A stretch of 64,000 bases of DNA from Eledone cirrhosa (taxonomy: Eukaryota): assembly GCA_964016885.1 (NCBI GenBank), contig OZ024741.1, positions 249,302,001 to 249,366,000 of the forward strand, written 5' to 3'. How positions within the stretch are numbered: the first letter of the stretch is position 1; the number at the start of each line of letters is the position of its first letter. The notes below the pieces were generated by a model, which was not told the DNA's origin, ran no database searches, and worked only from the letters and a program-made list of their open reading frames with translations. Positions 38,801 through 52,300 of the stretch are shown piece after piece. The position numbers and the translations under genes are program-made.

Positions 38801-41800
38801 AATCAGGCGGAGATAATTTGTAAACAAAAATCAGGGGGAGATAATTTGTAAAAAAAAATCAGGGGGAGATAATTTGTAAAAAAAATCAAGGGGAGATAAT
38901 TTCCAGCCGTCCAAGGGGAGGTAATATCTAGCCATCCAAAGGGAGATAATTTCCAGCCGTCCAAGGGGAGATAATTTCCAGCCGTCCAAGGGGAGATAAT
39001 ATCCAGCCGTCCAAGGAGACATATTTTCCAGACGTCCAAGGAGAGGTAATTTCTAGCCGTCCAAGGGGAGATAAGTTCCAGCCTCCAAGGGGAGATAATT
39101 TCCAGCCAGCCAAGGGGAGATAATTTGTAAAAAAATCAGGGGGAGATAATTTGTAAAAAAAAAATCAGGGGGAGATAATTTGTAAAAAAATCAGGGGGAG
39201 ATAATTTGTAAAAAAAAATCAGGGGGAGATAATTTGTAGAAAAAATCAGGGGTTGATAATTTGTAAAAAAAATCAGGGGGAGATAATTTGTAAAAAAAAT
39301 CAGGGGGAGATAATTTGTAAAAGAAATCAGGGGTAGATAATTTTCAGTCGTCCAAGGGGAGATAATTTCCATCCTTCCAAGGGGAGATAATTTCCAGCCG
39401 TCCAAGGGGAGATAATTTCCCGCCAGCCAAGGAGAGATAACATTTAAAAAAATCAGGCGGAGATAATTTGTAAAAAAAATCAGGGGGAGATAATTTGTAA
39501 AAAAATCAGGGGGAGATAATTTGTAAAAAAAAATCAGGGGGAGATAATTTGTAAAAAAAATCAAGGGGAGATAATTTCCAGCCGTCCAAGGGGAGGTAAT
39601 ATCTAGCCATCCAAGGGGAGATAATTTCCAGCCGTCCAAGGGGAGATAATTTCCAGCCGTCCAAGGGGAGATAATATCCAGCCGTCCAAGGAGACATATT
39701 TTCCAGCCGTCCAAGGAGAGGTAATTTCTAGCCGTCCAAGGGGAGATAAGTTCCAGCCTCCAAGGGGAGATAATTTCCAGCCAGCCAAGGGGAGATAATT
39801 TGTAAAAAAATCAGGGGGAGATAATTTGTAAAAAAAAAATCAGGGGGAGATAATTTGTAAAAAAATCAGGGGGAGATAATTTGTAAAAAAAAATCAGGGG
39901 GAGATAATTTGTAAAAAAAATCAGGGGGAGATAATTTGTAAAAAAAATCAGGGGTAGATAATTTGTAAAAAAAATCAGGGGGAGATAATTTGTAAAAAAA
40001 ATCAGGGGGAGATAATTTGTAAAAAAAATCAGGGGTAGATAATTTTCAGCCGTCCAAGGGGAGATAATTTCCATCCTTCCAAGGGGAGATAATTTCCAGC
40101 CGTCCAAGGGGAGATAATTTCCCGCCAGCCAAGGAGAGATAACATTTAAAAAAATCAGGCGGAGATAATTTGTAAAAAAAATCAGGGGGAGATAATTTGT
40201 AAAAAAATCAGGGGGAGATAATTTGTAAAAAAAATCAGGGGTAGATAATTTCCAGCCGTCCAAGGGGAGATAATTTCCATCCTTCCAAGGGGAGATAATT
40301 TCCAGCCGTCCAAGGGGAGATAATTTCCCGCCAGCCAAGGAGAGATAATATTTAAAAAAATCAGGCGGAGATAATTTGTAAAAAAAATCAGGGGGAGATA
40401 ATTTGTAAAAAAATCAGGGGGAGATAATTTGTAAAAAAAAATCAGGGGGAGATAATTTGTAAAAAAAATCAGGGGGAGATAATTTGTAAAAAAAAATCAG
40501 GGGTAGATAATTTGTAAAAAAAAATCAGGGGGAGATAATTTGTAAAAAAATCAAGGGGAGATAATTTCCAGCCGTCCAAGGGGAGATAATTTTCAGCCGT
40601 CCAAGGAGAGGTAATTTCTAGCCGTCCAAGGGGAGATAATTTCCAGCCGTCCAAGGGGAGATAATTTTTTTAAAAAATCAGGCGGAGATAATTTGTAAAC
40701 AAAAATCAGGGGGAGATAATTTGTAAAAAAAAATCAGGGGGAGATAATTTGTAAAAAAAAATCAGGGGGAGATAATTTGTAAAAAAAATCAAGGGGAGAT
40801 AATTTCCAGCCGTCCAAGGGGAGGTAATATCTAGCCATCCAAGGGGAGATAATTTCCAGCCGTCCAAGGGGAGATAATTTCCATCCGTCCAAGGGGAGAT
40901 AATATCCAGCCGTCCAAGGAGACATATTTTCCAGCCGTCCAAGGAGACGTAATTTCTAGCCGTCCAAGGGGAGATAAGTTCCAGCCTCCAAGGGGAGATA
41001 ATTTCCAGCCAGCCAAGGGGAGATAATTTGTAAAAAAATTAGGGGGAGATAATTTGTAAAAAAAAATTAGGGGGAGATAATTTGTAAAAAAAAATCAGGG
41101 GGAGATAATTTGTAAAAAAAAAATCAGGGGGAGATAATTTGTAAAAAAATCAAGGGGAGATAATTTCCAGCCATCCAAGGGGAGATAATTTTCAGCCGTC
41201 CAAGGAGAGGTAAATTCTAGCCGTCCAAGGAGATATAATTTCCAGCCGTCCAAGGGGAGATAATTTCCAGCCGTCCAAGGGGAGATAATTTTTAAAAAAA
41301 AATCAGGCGGAGATAATTTGTAAACAAAAATCAGGGGGAGATAATTTTTAAAAAAAAATCAGGGGGAGATAATTTGTAAAAAAAAATCAGGGGGAGATAA
41401 TTTGTAAAAAAAATCAAGGGGAGATAATTTCCAGCCGTCCAAGGGGAGGTAATATCTAGCCATCCAAGGGGAGATAATTTCCAGCCGTCCAAGGGGAGAT
41501 AATTTCCAGCCGTCCAAGGGGAGATAATATCCAGCCGTCCAAGGAGACATATTTTCCAGCCGTCCAAGGAGAGGTAATTTCTAGCCGTCCAAGGGGAGAT
41601 AAGTTCCAGCCTCCAAGGGGAGATAATTTCCAGCCAGCCAAGGGGAGATAATTTGTAAAAAAATCAGGGGGGAGATAATTTGTAAAAAAAATCAGGGGGA
41701 GATAATTTGAAAAAAAAATCAGGGGGAGATAATTTGTAAAAAATATCAAGGGGAGATAATTTCCAGCCCTCCAAGGGGCTATAATTTCCAGCCGTGCAAG

Positions 41801-43379
41801 GGGAGATAATTTCCAGCCGTCCAAGGGGAGATAATTTCCATCCTTCCAAGGGGAGATAATTTCCAGCCGTCCAAGGGGAGATAATTTCCCGCCAGCCAAG
41901 GGAAGATAATTTTTTAAAAAATCAGGCGGAGATTGTAAAAAAAATCAGGGGGAGATAATTTGTAAAAAAAATCAGGGGGAGATAATTTGTAAAAAAAATC
42001 AGGGGGAGATAATTTGTAAAAAAAATCAGGGGGAGATAATTTGTAAAAAAAATCAGGGGTAGATAATTTTCAGCCGTCCAAGGGGAGATAATTTCCATCC
42101 TTCCAAGGGGAGATAATTTCCAGCCGTCCAAGGGGAGATAATTTCCCGCCAGCCAAGGAGAGATAACATTTAAAAAAATCAGGCGGAGATAATTTGTAAA
42201 AAAAATCAGGGGGAGATAATTTGTAAAAAAATCAGGGGGAGATAATTTGTAAAAAAAATCAGGGGTAGATAATTTCCAGCCGTCCAAGGGGAGATAATTT
42301 CCATCCTTCCAAGGGGAGATAATTTCCAGCCGTCCAAGGGGAGATAATTTCCCGCCAGCCAAGGAGAGATAATATTTAAAAAAATCAGGCGGAGATAATT
42401 TGTAAAAAAAATCAGGGGGAGATAATTTGTAAAAAAATCAAGGGGAGATAATTTGTAAAAAAAAATCAGGGGGAGATAATTTGTAAAAAAAATCAGGGGG
42501 AGATAATTTGTAAAAAAAAATCAGGGGTAGATAATTTGTAAAAAAAAATCAGGGGGAGATAATTTGTAAAAAAAAAATCAGGGGGAGATAATTTGTAAAA
42601 AAATCAAGGGGAGATAATTTCCAGCCGTCCAAGGGGAGATAATTTTCAGCCGTCCAAGGAGAGGTAATTTCTAGCCGTCCAAGGGGAGATAATTTCCAGC
42701 CGTCCAAGGGGAGATAATTTTTTTAAAAAAATCAGGCGGAGATAATTTGTAAACAAAAATCAGGGGGAGATAATTTGTAAAAAAAAATCAGGGGGAGATA
42801 ATTTGTAAAAAAAAATCAGGGGGAGATAATTTGTAAAAAAAATCAAGGGGAGATAATTTCCAGCCGTCCAAGGGGAGGTAATATCTAGCCATCCAAGGGG
42901 AGATAATTTCCAGCCGTCCAAGGGGAGATAATTTCCAGCCGTCCAAGGGGAGATAATATCCAGCCGTCCAAGGAGACATATTTTCCAGCCGTCCAAGGAG
43001 ACGTAATTTCTAGCCGTCCAAGGGGAGATAAGTTCCAGCCTCCAAGGGGAGATAATTTCCAGCCAGCCAAGGGGAGATAATTTGTAAAAAAATTAGGGGG
43101 AGATAATTTGTAAAAAAAAATTAGGGGGAGATAATTTGTAAAAAAAAATCAGGGGGAGATAATTTGTAAAAAAAAATCAGGGGGAGATAATTTGTAAAAA
43201 AAATCAAGGGGAGATAATTTCCAGCCGTCCAAGGGGAGATAATTTTCAGCCGTCCAAGGAGAGGTAAATTCTAGCCGTCCAAGGAGATATAATTTCCAGC
43301 CGTCCAAGGGGAGATAATTTCCAGCCAGCCAAGGGGAGATAATTTGTAAAAAAAAAATCAGGGGGAGATAATTTGTAAA

Positions 43380-46300
43380 AAAATCAGGGGGAGATAATTT
43401 GTAAAAAAAAAATCAGGGGGAGATAATTTGTAAAAAAAATCAGGGGGAGATAATTTGTAAAAAAAATCAGGGGTAGATAATTTGTAAAAAAAATCAGGGG
43501 GAGATAATTTGTAAAAAAAATCAGGGGGAGATAATTTGTAAAAAAAATCAGGGGTAGATAATTTTCAGCCCTCCAAGGGGAGATAATTTCCATCCTTCCA
43601 AGGGGAGATAATTTCCAGCCGTCCAAGGGGAGATAATTTCCCGCCAGCCAAGGAGAGATAACATTTAAAAAAATCAGGCGGAGATAATTTGTAAAAAAAA
43701 TCAGGGGGAGATAATTTGTAAAAAAATCAGGGGGAGATAATTTGTAAAAAAAATCAGGGGTAGATAATTTCCAGCCGTCCAAGGGGAGATAATTTCCATC
43801 CTTCCAAGGGGAGATAATTTCCAGCCGTCCAAGGGGAGATAATTTCCCGCCAGCCAAGGAGAGATAATATTTAAAAAAATCAGGCGGAGATAATTTGTAA
43901 AAAAAAATCAGGGGGAGATAATTTGTAAAAAAATCAGGGGGAGATAATTTGTAAAAAAAAATCAGGGGGAGATAATTTGTAAAAAAAATCAGGGGGAGAT
44001 AATTTGTAAAAAAAAATCAGGGGTAGATAATTTGTAAAAAAAAATCAGGGGGAGATAATTTGTAAAAAAAAATCAGGGGGAGATAATTTGTAAAAAAATC
44101 AAGGGGAGATAATTTCCAGCCGTCCAAGGGGAGATAATTTTCAGCCGTCCAAGGAGAGGTAATTTCTAGCCGTCCAAGGGGAGATAATTTCCAGCCGTCC
44201 AAGGGGAGATAATTTTTTTAAAAAAATCAGGCGGAGATAATTTGTAAACAAAAATCAGGGGGAGATAATTTGTAAAAAAAAATCAGGGGGAGATAATTTG
44301 TAAAAAAAAATCAGGGGGAGATAATTTGTAAAAAAAATCAAGGGGAGATAATTTCCAGCCGTCCAAGGGGAGGTAATATCTAGCCATCCAAGGGGAGATA
44401 ATTTCCAGCCGTCCAAGGGGAGATAATTTCCAGCCGTCCAAGGGGAGATAATATCCAGCCGTCCAAGGAGACATATTTTCCAGCCGTCCAAGGAGAGGTA
44501 ATTTCTAGCCGTCCAAGGGGAGATAAGTTCCAGCCTCCAAGGGGAGATAATTTCCAGCCAGCCAAGGGGAGATAATTTGTAAAAAAATCAGGGGGAGATA
44601 ATTTGTAAAAAAAAATCAGGGGGAGATAATTTGTAAAAAAATCAGGGGGAGATAATTTGTAAAAAAAAATCAGGGGGAGATAATTTGTAAAAAAAATCAG
44701 GGGGAGATAATTTGTAAAAAAAATCAGGGGTAGATAATTTGTAAAAAAAATCAGGGGGAGATAATTTGTAAAAAAAATCAGGGGGAGATAATTTGTAAAA
44801 AAAATCAGGGGTAGATAATTTTCAGCCGTCCAAGGGGAGATAATTTCCATCCTTCCAAGGGGAGATAATTTCCAGCCGTCCAAGGGGAGATAATTTCCCG
44901 CCAGCCAAGGAGAGATAACATTTAAAAAAATCAGGCGGAGATAATTTGTAAAAAAAATCAGGGGGAGATAATTTGTAAAAAAATCAGGGGGAGATAATTT
45001 GTAAAAAAAATCAGGGGTAGATAATTTCCAGCCGTCCAAGGGGAGATAATTTCCATCCTTCCAAGGGGAGATAATTTCCAGCCGTCCAAGGGGAGATAAT
45101 TTCCCGCCAGCCAAGGAGAGATAACATTTAAAAAAATCAGGCGGAGATAATTTGTAAAAAAATCAGGGGGAGATAATTTGTAAAAAAAATCAGGGGTAGA
45201 TAATTTCCAGCCGTCCAAGGGGAGATAATTTCCATCCTTCCAAGGGGAGATAATTTCCAGCCGTCCAAGGGGAGATAATTTCCCGCCAGCCAAGGAGAGA
45301 TAATATTTAAAAAAATCAGGCGGAGATAATTTGTAAAAAAAATCAGGGGGAGATAATTTGTAAAAAAAAATCAGGGGGAGATAATTTGTAAAAAAAAATC
45401 AGGGGGAGATAATTTGTAAAAAAAATCAAGGGGAGATAATTTGTAAAAAAAAATCAGGGGTAGATAATTTGTAAAAAAAAATCAGGGGGAGATAATTTGT
45501 AAAAAAAAAATCAGGGGGAGATAATTTGTAAAAAAATCAAGGGGAGATAATTTCCAGCCGTCCAAGGGGAGATAATTTTCAGCCGTCCAAGGAGAGGTAA
45601 TTTCTAGCCGTCCAAGGGGAGATAATTTCCAGCCAGCCAAGGGGAGATAATTTGTAAAAAAATCAGGGGTAGATAATTTGTAAAAAAAAATCAGGGGGAG
45701 ATAATTTGTAAAAAAAAAATCAGGGGGAGATAATTTGTAAAAAAATCAAGGGGAGATAATTTCCAGCCGTCCAAGGGGAGATAATTTCCAGCCGTCCAAG
45801 GAGAGGTAAATTCTAGCCGTCCAAGGAGATATAATTTCCAGCCGTCCTAGGGGAGATAATTTCCAGCCAGCCAAGGGGAGATAATTTGTAAAAAAATCAG
45901 GGGGAGATAATTTGTAAAAAAAAAATCAGGGGGAGATAATTTGTAAAAAAATCAGGGGGAGATAATTTGTAAAAAAAAAATCAGGGGGAGATAATTTGTA
46001 AAAAAAATCAGGGGGAGATAATTTGTAAAAAAAATCAGGGGTAGATAATTTGTAAAAAAAATCAGGGGGAGATAATTTGTAAAAAAAATCAGGGGGAGAT
46101 AATTTGTAAAAAAAATCAGGGGTAGATAATTTTCAGCCCTCCAAGGGGAGATAATTTCCATCCTTCCAAGGGGAGATAATTTCCAGCCGTCCAAGGGGAG
46201 ATAATTTCCCGCCAGCCAAGGAGAGATAACATTTAAAAAAATCAGGCGGAGATAATTTGTAAAAAAAATCAGGGGGAGATAATTTGTAAAAAAATCAGGG

Positions 46301-49300
46301 GGAGATAATTTGTAAAAAAAATCAGGGGTAGATAATTTCCAGCCGTCCAAGGGGAGATAATTTCCATCCTTCCAAGGGGAGATAATTTCCAGCCGTCCAA
46401 GGGGAGATAATTTCCCGCCAGCCAAGGAGAGATAATATTTAAAAAAATCAGGCGGAGATAATTTGTAAAAAAAAATCAGGGGGAGATAATTTGTAAAAAA
46501 ATCAGGGGGAGATAATTTGTAAAAAAAAATCAGGGGGAGATAATTTGTAAAAAAAATCAGGGGGAGATAATTTGTAAAAAAAAATCAGGGGTAGATAATT
46601 TGTAAAAAAAAATCAGGGGGAGATAATTTGTAAAAAAAAATCAGGGGGAGATAATTTGTAAAAAAAATCAAGGGGAGATAATTTCCAGCCGTCCAAGGGG
46701 AGATAATTTTCAGCCGTCCAAGGAGAGGTAATTTCTAGCCGTCCAAGGGGAGATAATTTCCAGCCGTCCAAGGGGAGATAATTTTTTTAAAAAAATCAGG
46801 CGGAGATAATTTGTAAACAAAAATCAGGGGGAGATAATTTGTAAAAAAAAATCAGGGGGAGATAATTTGTAAAAAAAAATCAGGGGGAGATAATTTGTAA
46901 AAAAAATCAAGGGGAGATAATTTCCAGCCGTCCAAGGGGAGGTAATATCTAGCCATCCAAGGGGAGATAATTTCCAGCCGTCCAAGGGGAGATAATTTCC
47001 AGCCGTCCAAGGGGAGATAATATCCAGCCGTCCAAGGAGACATATTTTCCAGCCGTCCAAGGAGAGGTAATTTCTAGCCGTCCAAGGGGAGATAAGTTCC
47101 AGCCTCCAAGGGGAGATAATTTCCAGCCAGCCAAGGGGAGATAATTTGTAAAAAAATCAGGGGGAGATAATTTGTAAAAAAAAATCAGGGGGAGATAATT
47201 TGTAAAAAAATCAGGGGGAGATAATTTGTAAAAAAAAATCAGGGGGAGATAATTTGTAAAAAAAATCAGGGGGAGATAATTTGTAAAAAAAATCAGGGGT
47301 AGATAATTTGTAAAAAAAATCAGGGGGAGATAATTTGTAAAAAAAATCAGGGGGAGATAATTTGTAAAAAAAATCAGGGGTAGATAATTTTCAGCCGTCC
47401 AAGGGGAGATAATTTCCATCCTTCCAAGGGGAGATAATTTCCAGCCGTCCAAGGGGAGATAATTTCCCGCCAGCCAAGGAGAGATAACATTTAAAAAAAT
47501 CAGGCGGAGATAATTTGTAAAAAAAATCAGGGGGAGATAATTTGTAAAAAAATCAGGGGGAGATAATTTGTAAAAAAAATCAGGGGTAGATAATTTCCAG
47601 CTGTCCAAGGGGAGATAATTTCCATCCTTCCAAGGGGAGATAATTTCCAGCCGTCCAAGGGGAGATAATTTCCCGCCAGCCAAGGAGAGATAACATTTAA
47701 AAAAATCAGGCGGAGATAATTTGTAAAAAAATCAGGGGGAGATAATTTGTAAAAAAAATCAGGGGTAGATAATTTCCAGCCGTCCAAGGGGAGATAATTT
47801 CCATCCTTCCAAGGGGAGATAATTTCCAGCCGTCCAAGGGGAGATAATTTCCCGCCAGCCAAGGAGAGATAATATTTAAAAAAATCAGGCGGAGATAATT
47901 TGTAAAAAAAATCAGGGGGAGATAATTTGTAAAAAAAAATCAGGGGGAGATAATTTGTAAAAAAAAATCAGGGGGAGATAATTTGTAAAAAAAATCAAGG
48001 GGAGATAATTTGTAAAAAAAAATCAGGGGTAGATAATTTGTAAAAAAAAATCAGGGGGAGATAATTTGTAAAAAAAAAATCAGGGGGAGATAATTTGTAA
48101 AAAAATCAAGGGGAGATAATTTCCAGCCGTCCAAGGGGAGATAATTTTCAGCCGTCCAAGGAGAGGTAATTTCTAGCCGTCCAAAGGGAGATAATTTCCA
48201 GCCAGCCAAGGGGAGATAATTTGTAAAAAAATCAGGGGTAGATAATTTGTAAAAAAAAATCAGGGGGAGATAATTTGTAAAAAAAAAATCAGGGGGAGAT
48301 AATTTGTAAAAAAATCAAGGGGAGATAATTTCCAGCCGTCCAAGGGGAGATAATTTCCAGCCGTCCAAGGAGAGGTAAATTCTAGCCGTCCAAGGAGATA
48401 TAATTTCCAGCCGTCCTAGGGGAGATAATTTCCAGCCAGCCAAGGGGAGATAATTTGTAAAAAAATCAGGGGGAGATAATTTGTAAAAAAAAAATCAGGG
48501 GGAGATAATTTGTAAAAAAATCAGGGGGAGATAATTTGTAAAAAAAAAATCAGGGGGAGATAATTTGTAAAAAAAATCAGGGGGAGATAATTTGTAAAAA
48601 AAATCAGGGGTAGATAATTTGTAAAAAAAATCAGGGGGAGATAATTTGTAAAAAAAATCAGGGGGAGATAATTTGTAAAAAAAATCAGGGGTAGATAATT
48701 TTCAGCCCTCCAAGGGGAGATAATTTCCATCCTTCCAAGGGGAGATAATTTCCAGCCGTCCAAGGGGAGATAATTTCCCGCCAGCCAAGGAGAGATAACA
48801 TTTAAAAAAATCAGGCGGAGATAATTTGTAAAAAAAATCAGGGGGAGATAATTTGTAAAAAAATCAGGGGGAGATAATTTGTAAAAAAAATCAGGGGTAG
48901 ATAATTTCCAGCCGTCCAAGGGGAGATAATTTCCATCCTTCCAAGGGGAGATAATTTCCAGCCGTCCAAGGGGAGATAATTTCCCGCCAGCCAAGGAGAG
49001 ATAATATTTAAAAAAATCAGGCGGAGATAATTTGTAAAAAAAAATCAGGGGGAGATAATTTGTAAAAAAATCAGGGGGAGATAATTTGTAAAAAAAAATC
49101 AGGGGGAGATAATTTGTAAAAAAAATCAGGGGGAGATAATTTGTAAAAAAAAATCAGGGGTAGATAATTTGTAAAAAAAAATCAGGGGGAGATAATTTGT
49201 AAAAAAAAATCAGGGGGAGATAATTTGTAAAAAAATCAAGGGGAGATAATTTCCAGCCGTCCAAGGGGAGATAATTTTCAGCCGTCCAAGGAGAGGTAAT

Positions 49301-49390
49301 TTCTAGCCGTCCAAGGGGAGATAATTTCCAGCCGTCCAAGGGGAGATAATTTTTTTTAAAAAATCAGGCGGAGATAATTTGTAAACAAAA
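43380..49390 (+). repeat. Tandem duplication of a ~2,569-bp unit (about 2.3 copies; boundaries approximate)
   Basis: ORF offsets of 2568-2569 (43384/45952/48521, 44380/46949, 44958/47527). The private GTCCTAGG variant occurs at 45848 and 48417, with a third related copy at 51972. Confidence 0.88.
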
Positions 49391-52300
49391 ATCAGGGGGA
49401 GATAATTTGTAAAAAAAAATCAGGGGTAGATAATTTGTAAAAAAAAATCAGGGGGAGATAATTTGTAAAAAAATCAAGGGGAGATAATTTCCAGCCGTCC
49501 AAGGGGAGATAATTTTCAGCCGTCCAAGGAGAGGTAATTTCTAGCCGTCCAAGGGGAGATAATTTCCAGCCGTCCAAGGGGAGATAATTTTTTAAAAAAA
49601 TCAGGCGGAGATAATTTGTAAACAAAAATCAGGGGGAGATAATTTGTAAAAAAAAATCAGGGGGAGATAATTTGTAAAAAAAAATCAGGGGGAGATAATT
49701 TGTAAAAAAAATCAAGGGGAGATAATTTCCAGCCGTCCAAGGGGAGGTAATATCTAGCCATCCAAGGGGAGATAATTTCCAGCCGTCCAAGGGGAGATAA
49801 TTTCCAGCCGTCCAAGGGGAGATAATATCCAGCCGTCCAAGGAGACATATTTTCCAGCCGTCCAAGGAGACGTAATTTCTAGCCGTCCAAGGGGAGATAA
49901 GTTCCAGCCTCCAAGGGGAGATAATTTCCAGCCAGCCAAGGGGAGATAATTTGTAAAAAAATTAGGGGGAGATAATTTGTAAAAAAAAATTAGGGGGAGA
50001 TAATTTGTAAAAAAAAATCAGGGGGAGATAATTTGTAAAAAAAAATCAGGGGGAGATAATTTGTAAAAAAAATCAAGGGGAGATAATTTCCAGCCGTCCA
50101 AGGGGAGATAATTTTCAGCCGTCCAAGGAGAGGTAAATTCTAGCCGTCCAAGGAGATATAATTTCCAGCCGTCCAAGGGGAGATAATTTCCAGCCGTCCA
50201 AGGGGAGATAATTTTTAAAAAAAAATCAGGCGGAGATAATTTGTAAACAAAAATCAGGGGGAGATAATTTTTAAAAAAAAATCAGGGGGAGATAATTTGT
50301 AAAAAAAAATCAGGGGGAGATAATTTGTAAAAAAAATCAAGGGGAGATAATTTCCAGCCGTCCAAGGGGAGGTAATATCTAGCCATCCAAGGGGAGATAA
50401 TTTCCAGCCGTCCAAGGGGAGATAATTTCCAGCCGTCCAAGGGGAGATAATATCCAGCCGTCCAAGGAGACATATTTTCCAGCCGTCCAAGGAGAGGTAA
50501 TTTCTAGCCGTCCAAGGGGAGATAAGTTCCAGCCTCCAAGGGGAGATAATTTCCAGCCAGCCAAGGGGAGATAATTTGTAAAAAAATCAGGGGGGAGATA
50601 ATTTGTAAAAAAAATCAGGGGGAGATAATTTGTAAAAAAAATCAGGGGTAGATAATTTGTAAAAAAAATCAGGGGGAGATAATTTGTAAAAAAAATCAGG
50701 GGGAGATAATTTGTAAAAAAAATCAGGGGTAGATAATTTTCAGCCGTCCAAGGGGAGATAATTTCCATCCTTCCAAGGGGAGATAATTTCCAGCCGTCCA
50801 AGGGGAGATAATTTCCCGCCAGCCAAGGAGAGATAACATTTAAAAAAATCAGGCGGAGATAATTTGTAAAAAAAATCAGGGGGAGATAATTTGTAAAAAA
50901 ATCAGGGGGAGATAATTTGTAAAAAAAATCAGGGGTAGATAATTTCCAGCCGTCCAAGGGGAGATAATTTCCATCCTTCCAAGGGGAGATAATTTCCAGC
51001 CGTCCAAGGGGAGATAATTTCCCGCCAGCCAAGGAGAGATAACATTTAAAAAAATCAGGCGGAGATAATTTGTAAAAAAATCAGGGGGAGATAATTTGTA
51101 AAAAAAATCAGGGGTAGATAATTTCCAGCCGTCCAAGGGGAGATAATTTCCATCCTTCCAAGGGGAGATAATTTCCAGCCGTCCAAGGGGAGATAATTTC
51201 CCGCCAGCCAAGGAGAGATAATATTTAAAAAAATCAGGCGGAGATAATTTGTAAAAAAAATCAGGGGGAGATAATTTGTAAAAAAATCAGGGGGAGATAA
51301 TTTGTAAAAAAAATCAGGGGTAGATAATTTCCAGCCGTCCAAGGGGAGATAATTTCCATCCTTCCAAGGGGAGATAATTTCCAGCCGTCCAAGGGGAGAT
51401 AATTTCCCGCCAGCCAAGGAGAGATAATATTTAAAAAAATCAGGCGGAGATAATTTGTAAAAAAAATCAGGGGGAGATAATTTGTAAAAAAAAATCAGGG
51501 GGAGATAATTTGTAAAAAAAAATCAGGGGGAGATAATTTGTAAAAAAAATCAAGGGGAGATAATTTGTAAAAAAAAATCAGGGGTAGATAATTTGTAAAA
51601 AAAAATCAGGGGGAGATAATTTGTAAAAAAAAAATCAGGGGGAGATAATTTGTAAAAAAATCAAGGGGAGATAATTTCCAGCCGTCCAAGGGGAGATAAT
51701 TTTCAGCCGTCCAAGGAGAGGTAATTTCTAGCCGTCCAAGGGGAGATAATTTCCAGCCAGCCAAGGGGAGATAATTTGTAAAAAAATCAGGGGTAGATAA
51801 TTTGTAAAAAAAAATCAGGGGGAGATAATTTGTAAAAAAAAAATCAGGGGGAGATAATTTGTAAAAAAATCAAGGGGAGATAATTTCCAGCCGTCCAAGG
51901 GGAGATAATTTCCAGCCGTCCAAGGAGAGGTAAATTCTAGCCGTCCAAGGAGATATAATTTCCAGCCGTCCTAGGGGAGATAATTTCCAGCCAGCCAAGG
52001 GGAGATAATTTGTAAAAAAATCAGGGGGAGATAATTTGTAAAAAAAAAATCAGGGGGAGATAATTTGTAAAAAAATCAGGGGGAGATAATTTGTAAAAAA
52101 AAAATCAGGGGGAGATAATTTGTAAAAAAAATCAGGGGGAGATAATTTGTAAAAAAAATCAGGGGTAGATAATTTGTAAAAAAAATCAGGGGGAGATAAT
52201 TTGTAAAAAAAATCAGGGGGAGATAATTTGTAAAAAAAATCAGGGGTAGATAATTTTCAGCCCTCCAAGGGGAGATAATTTCCATCCTTCCAAGGGGAGA

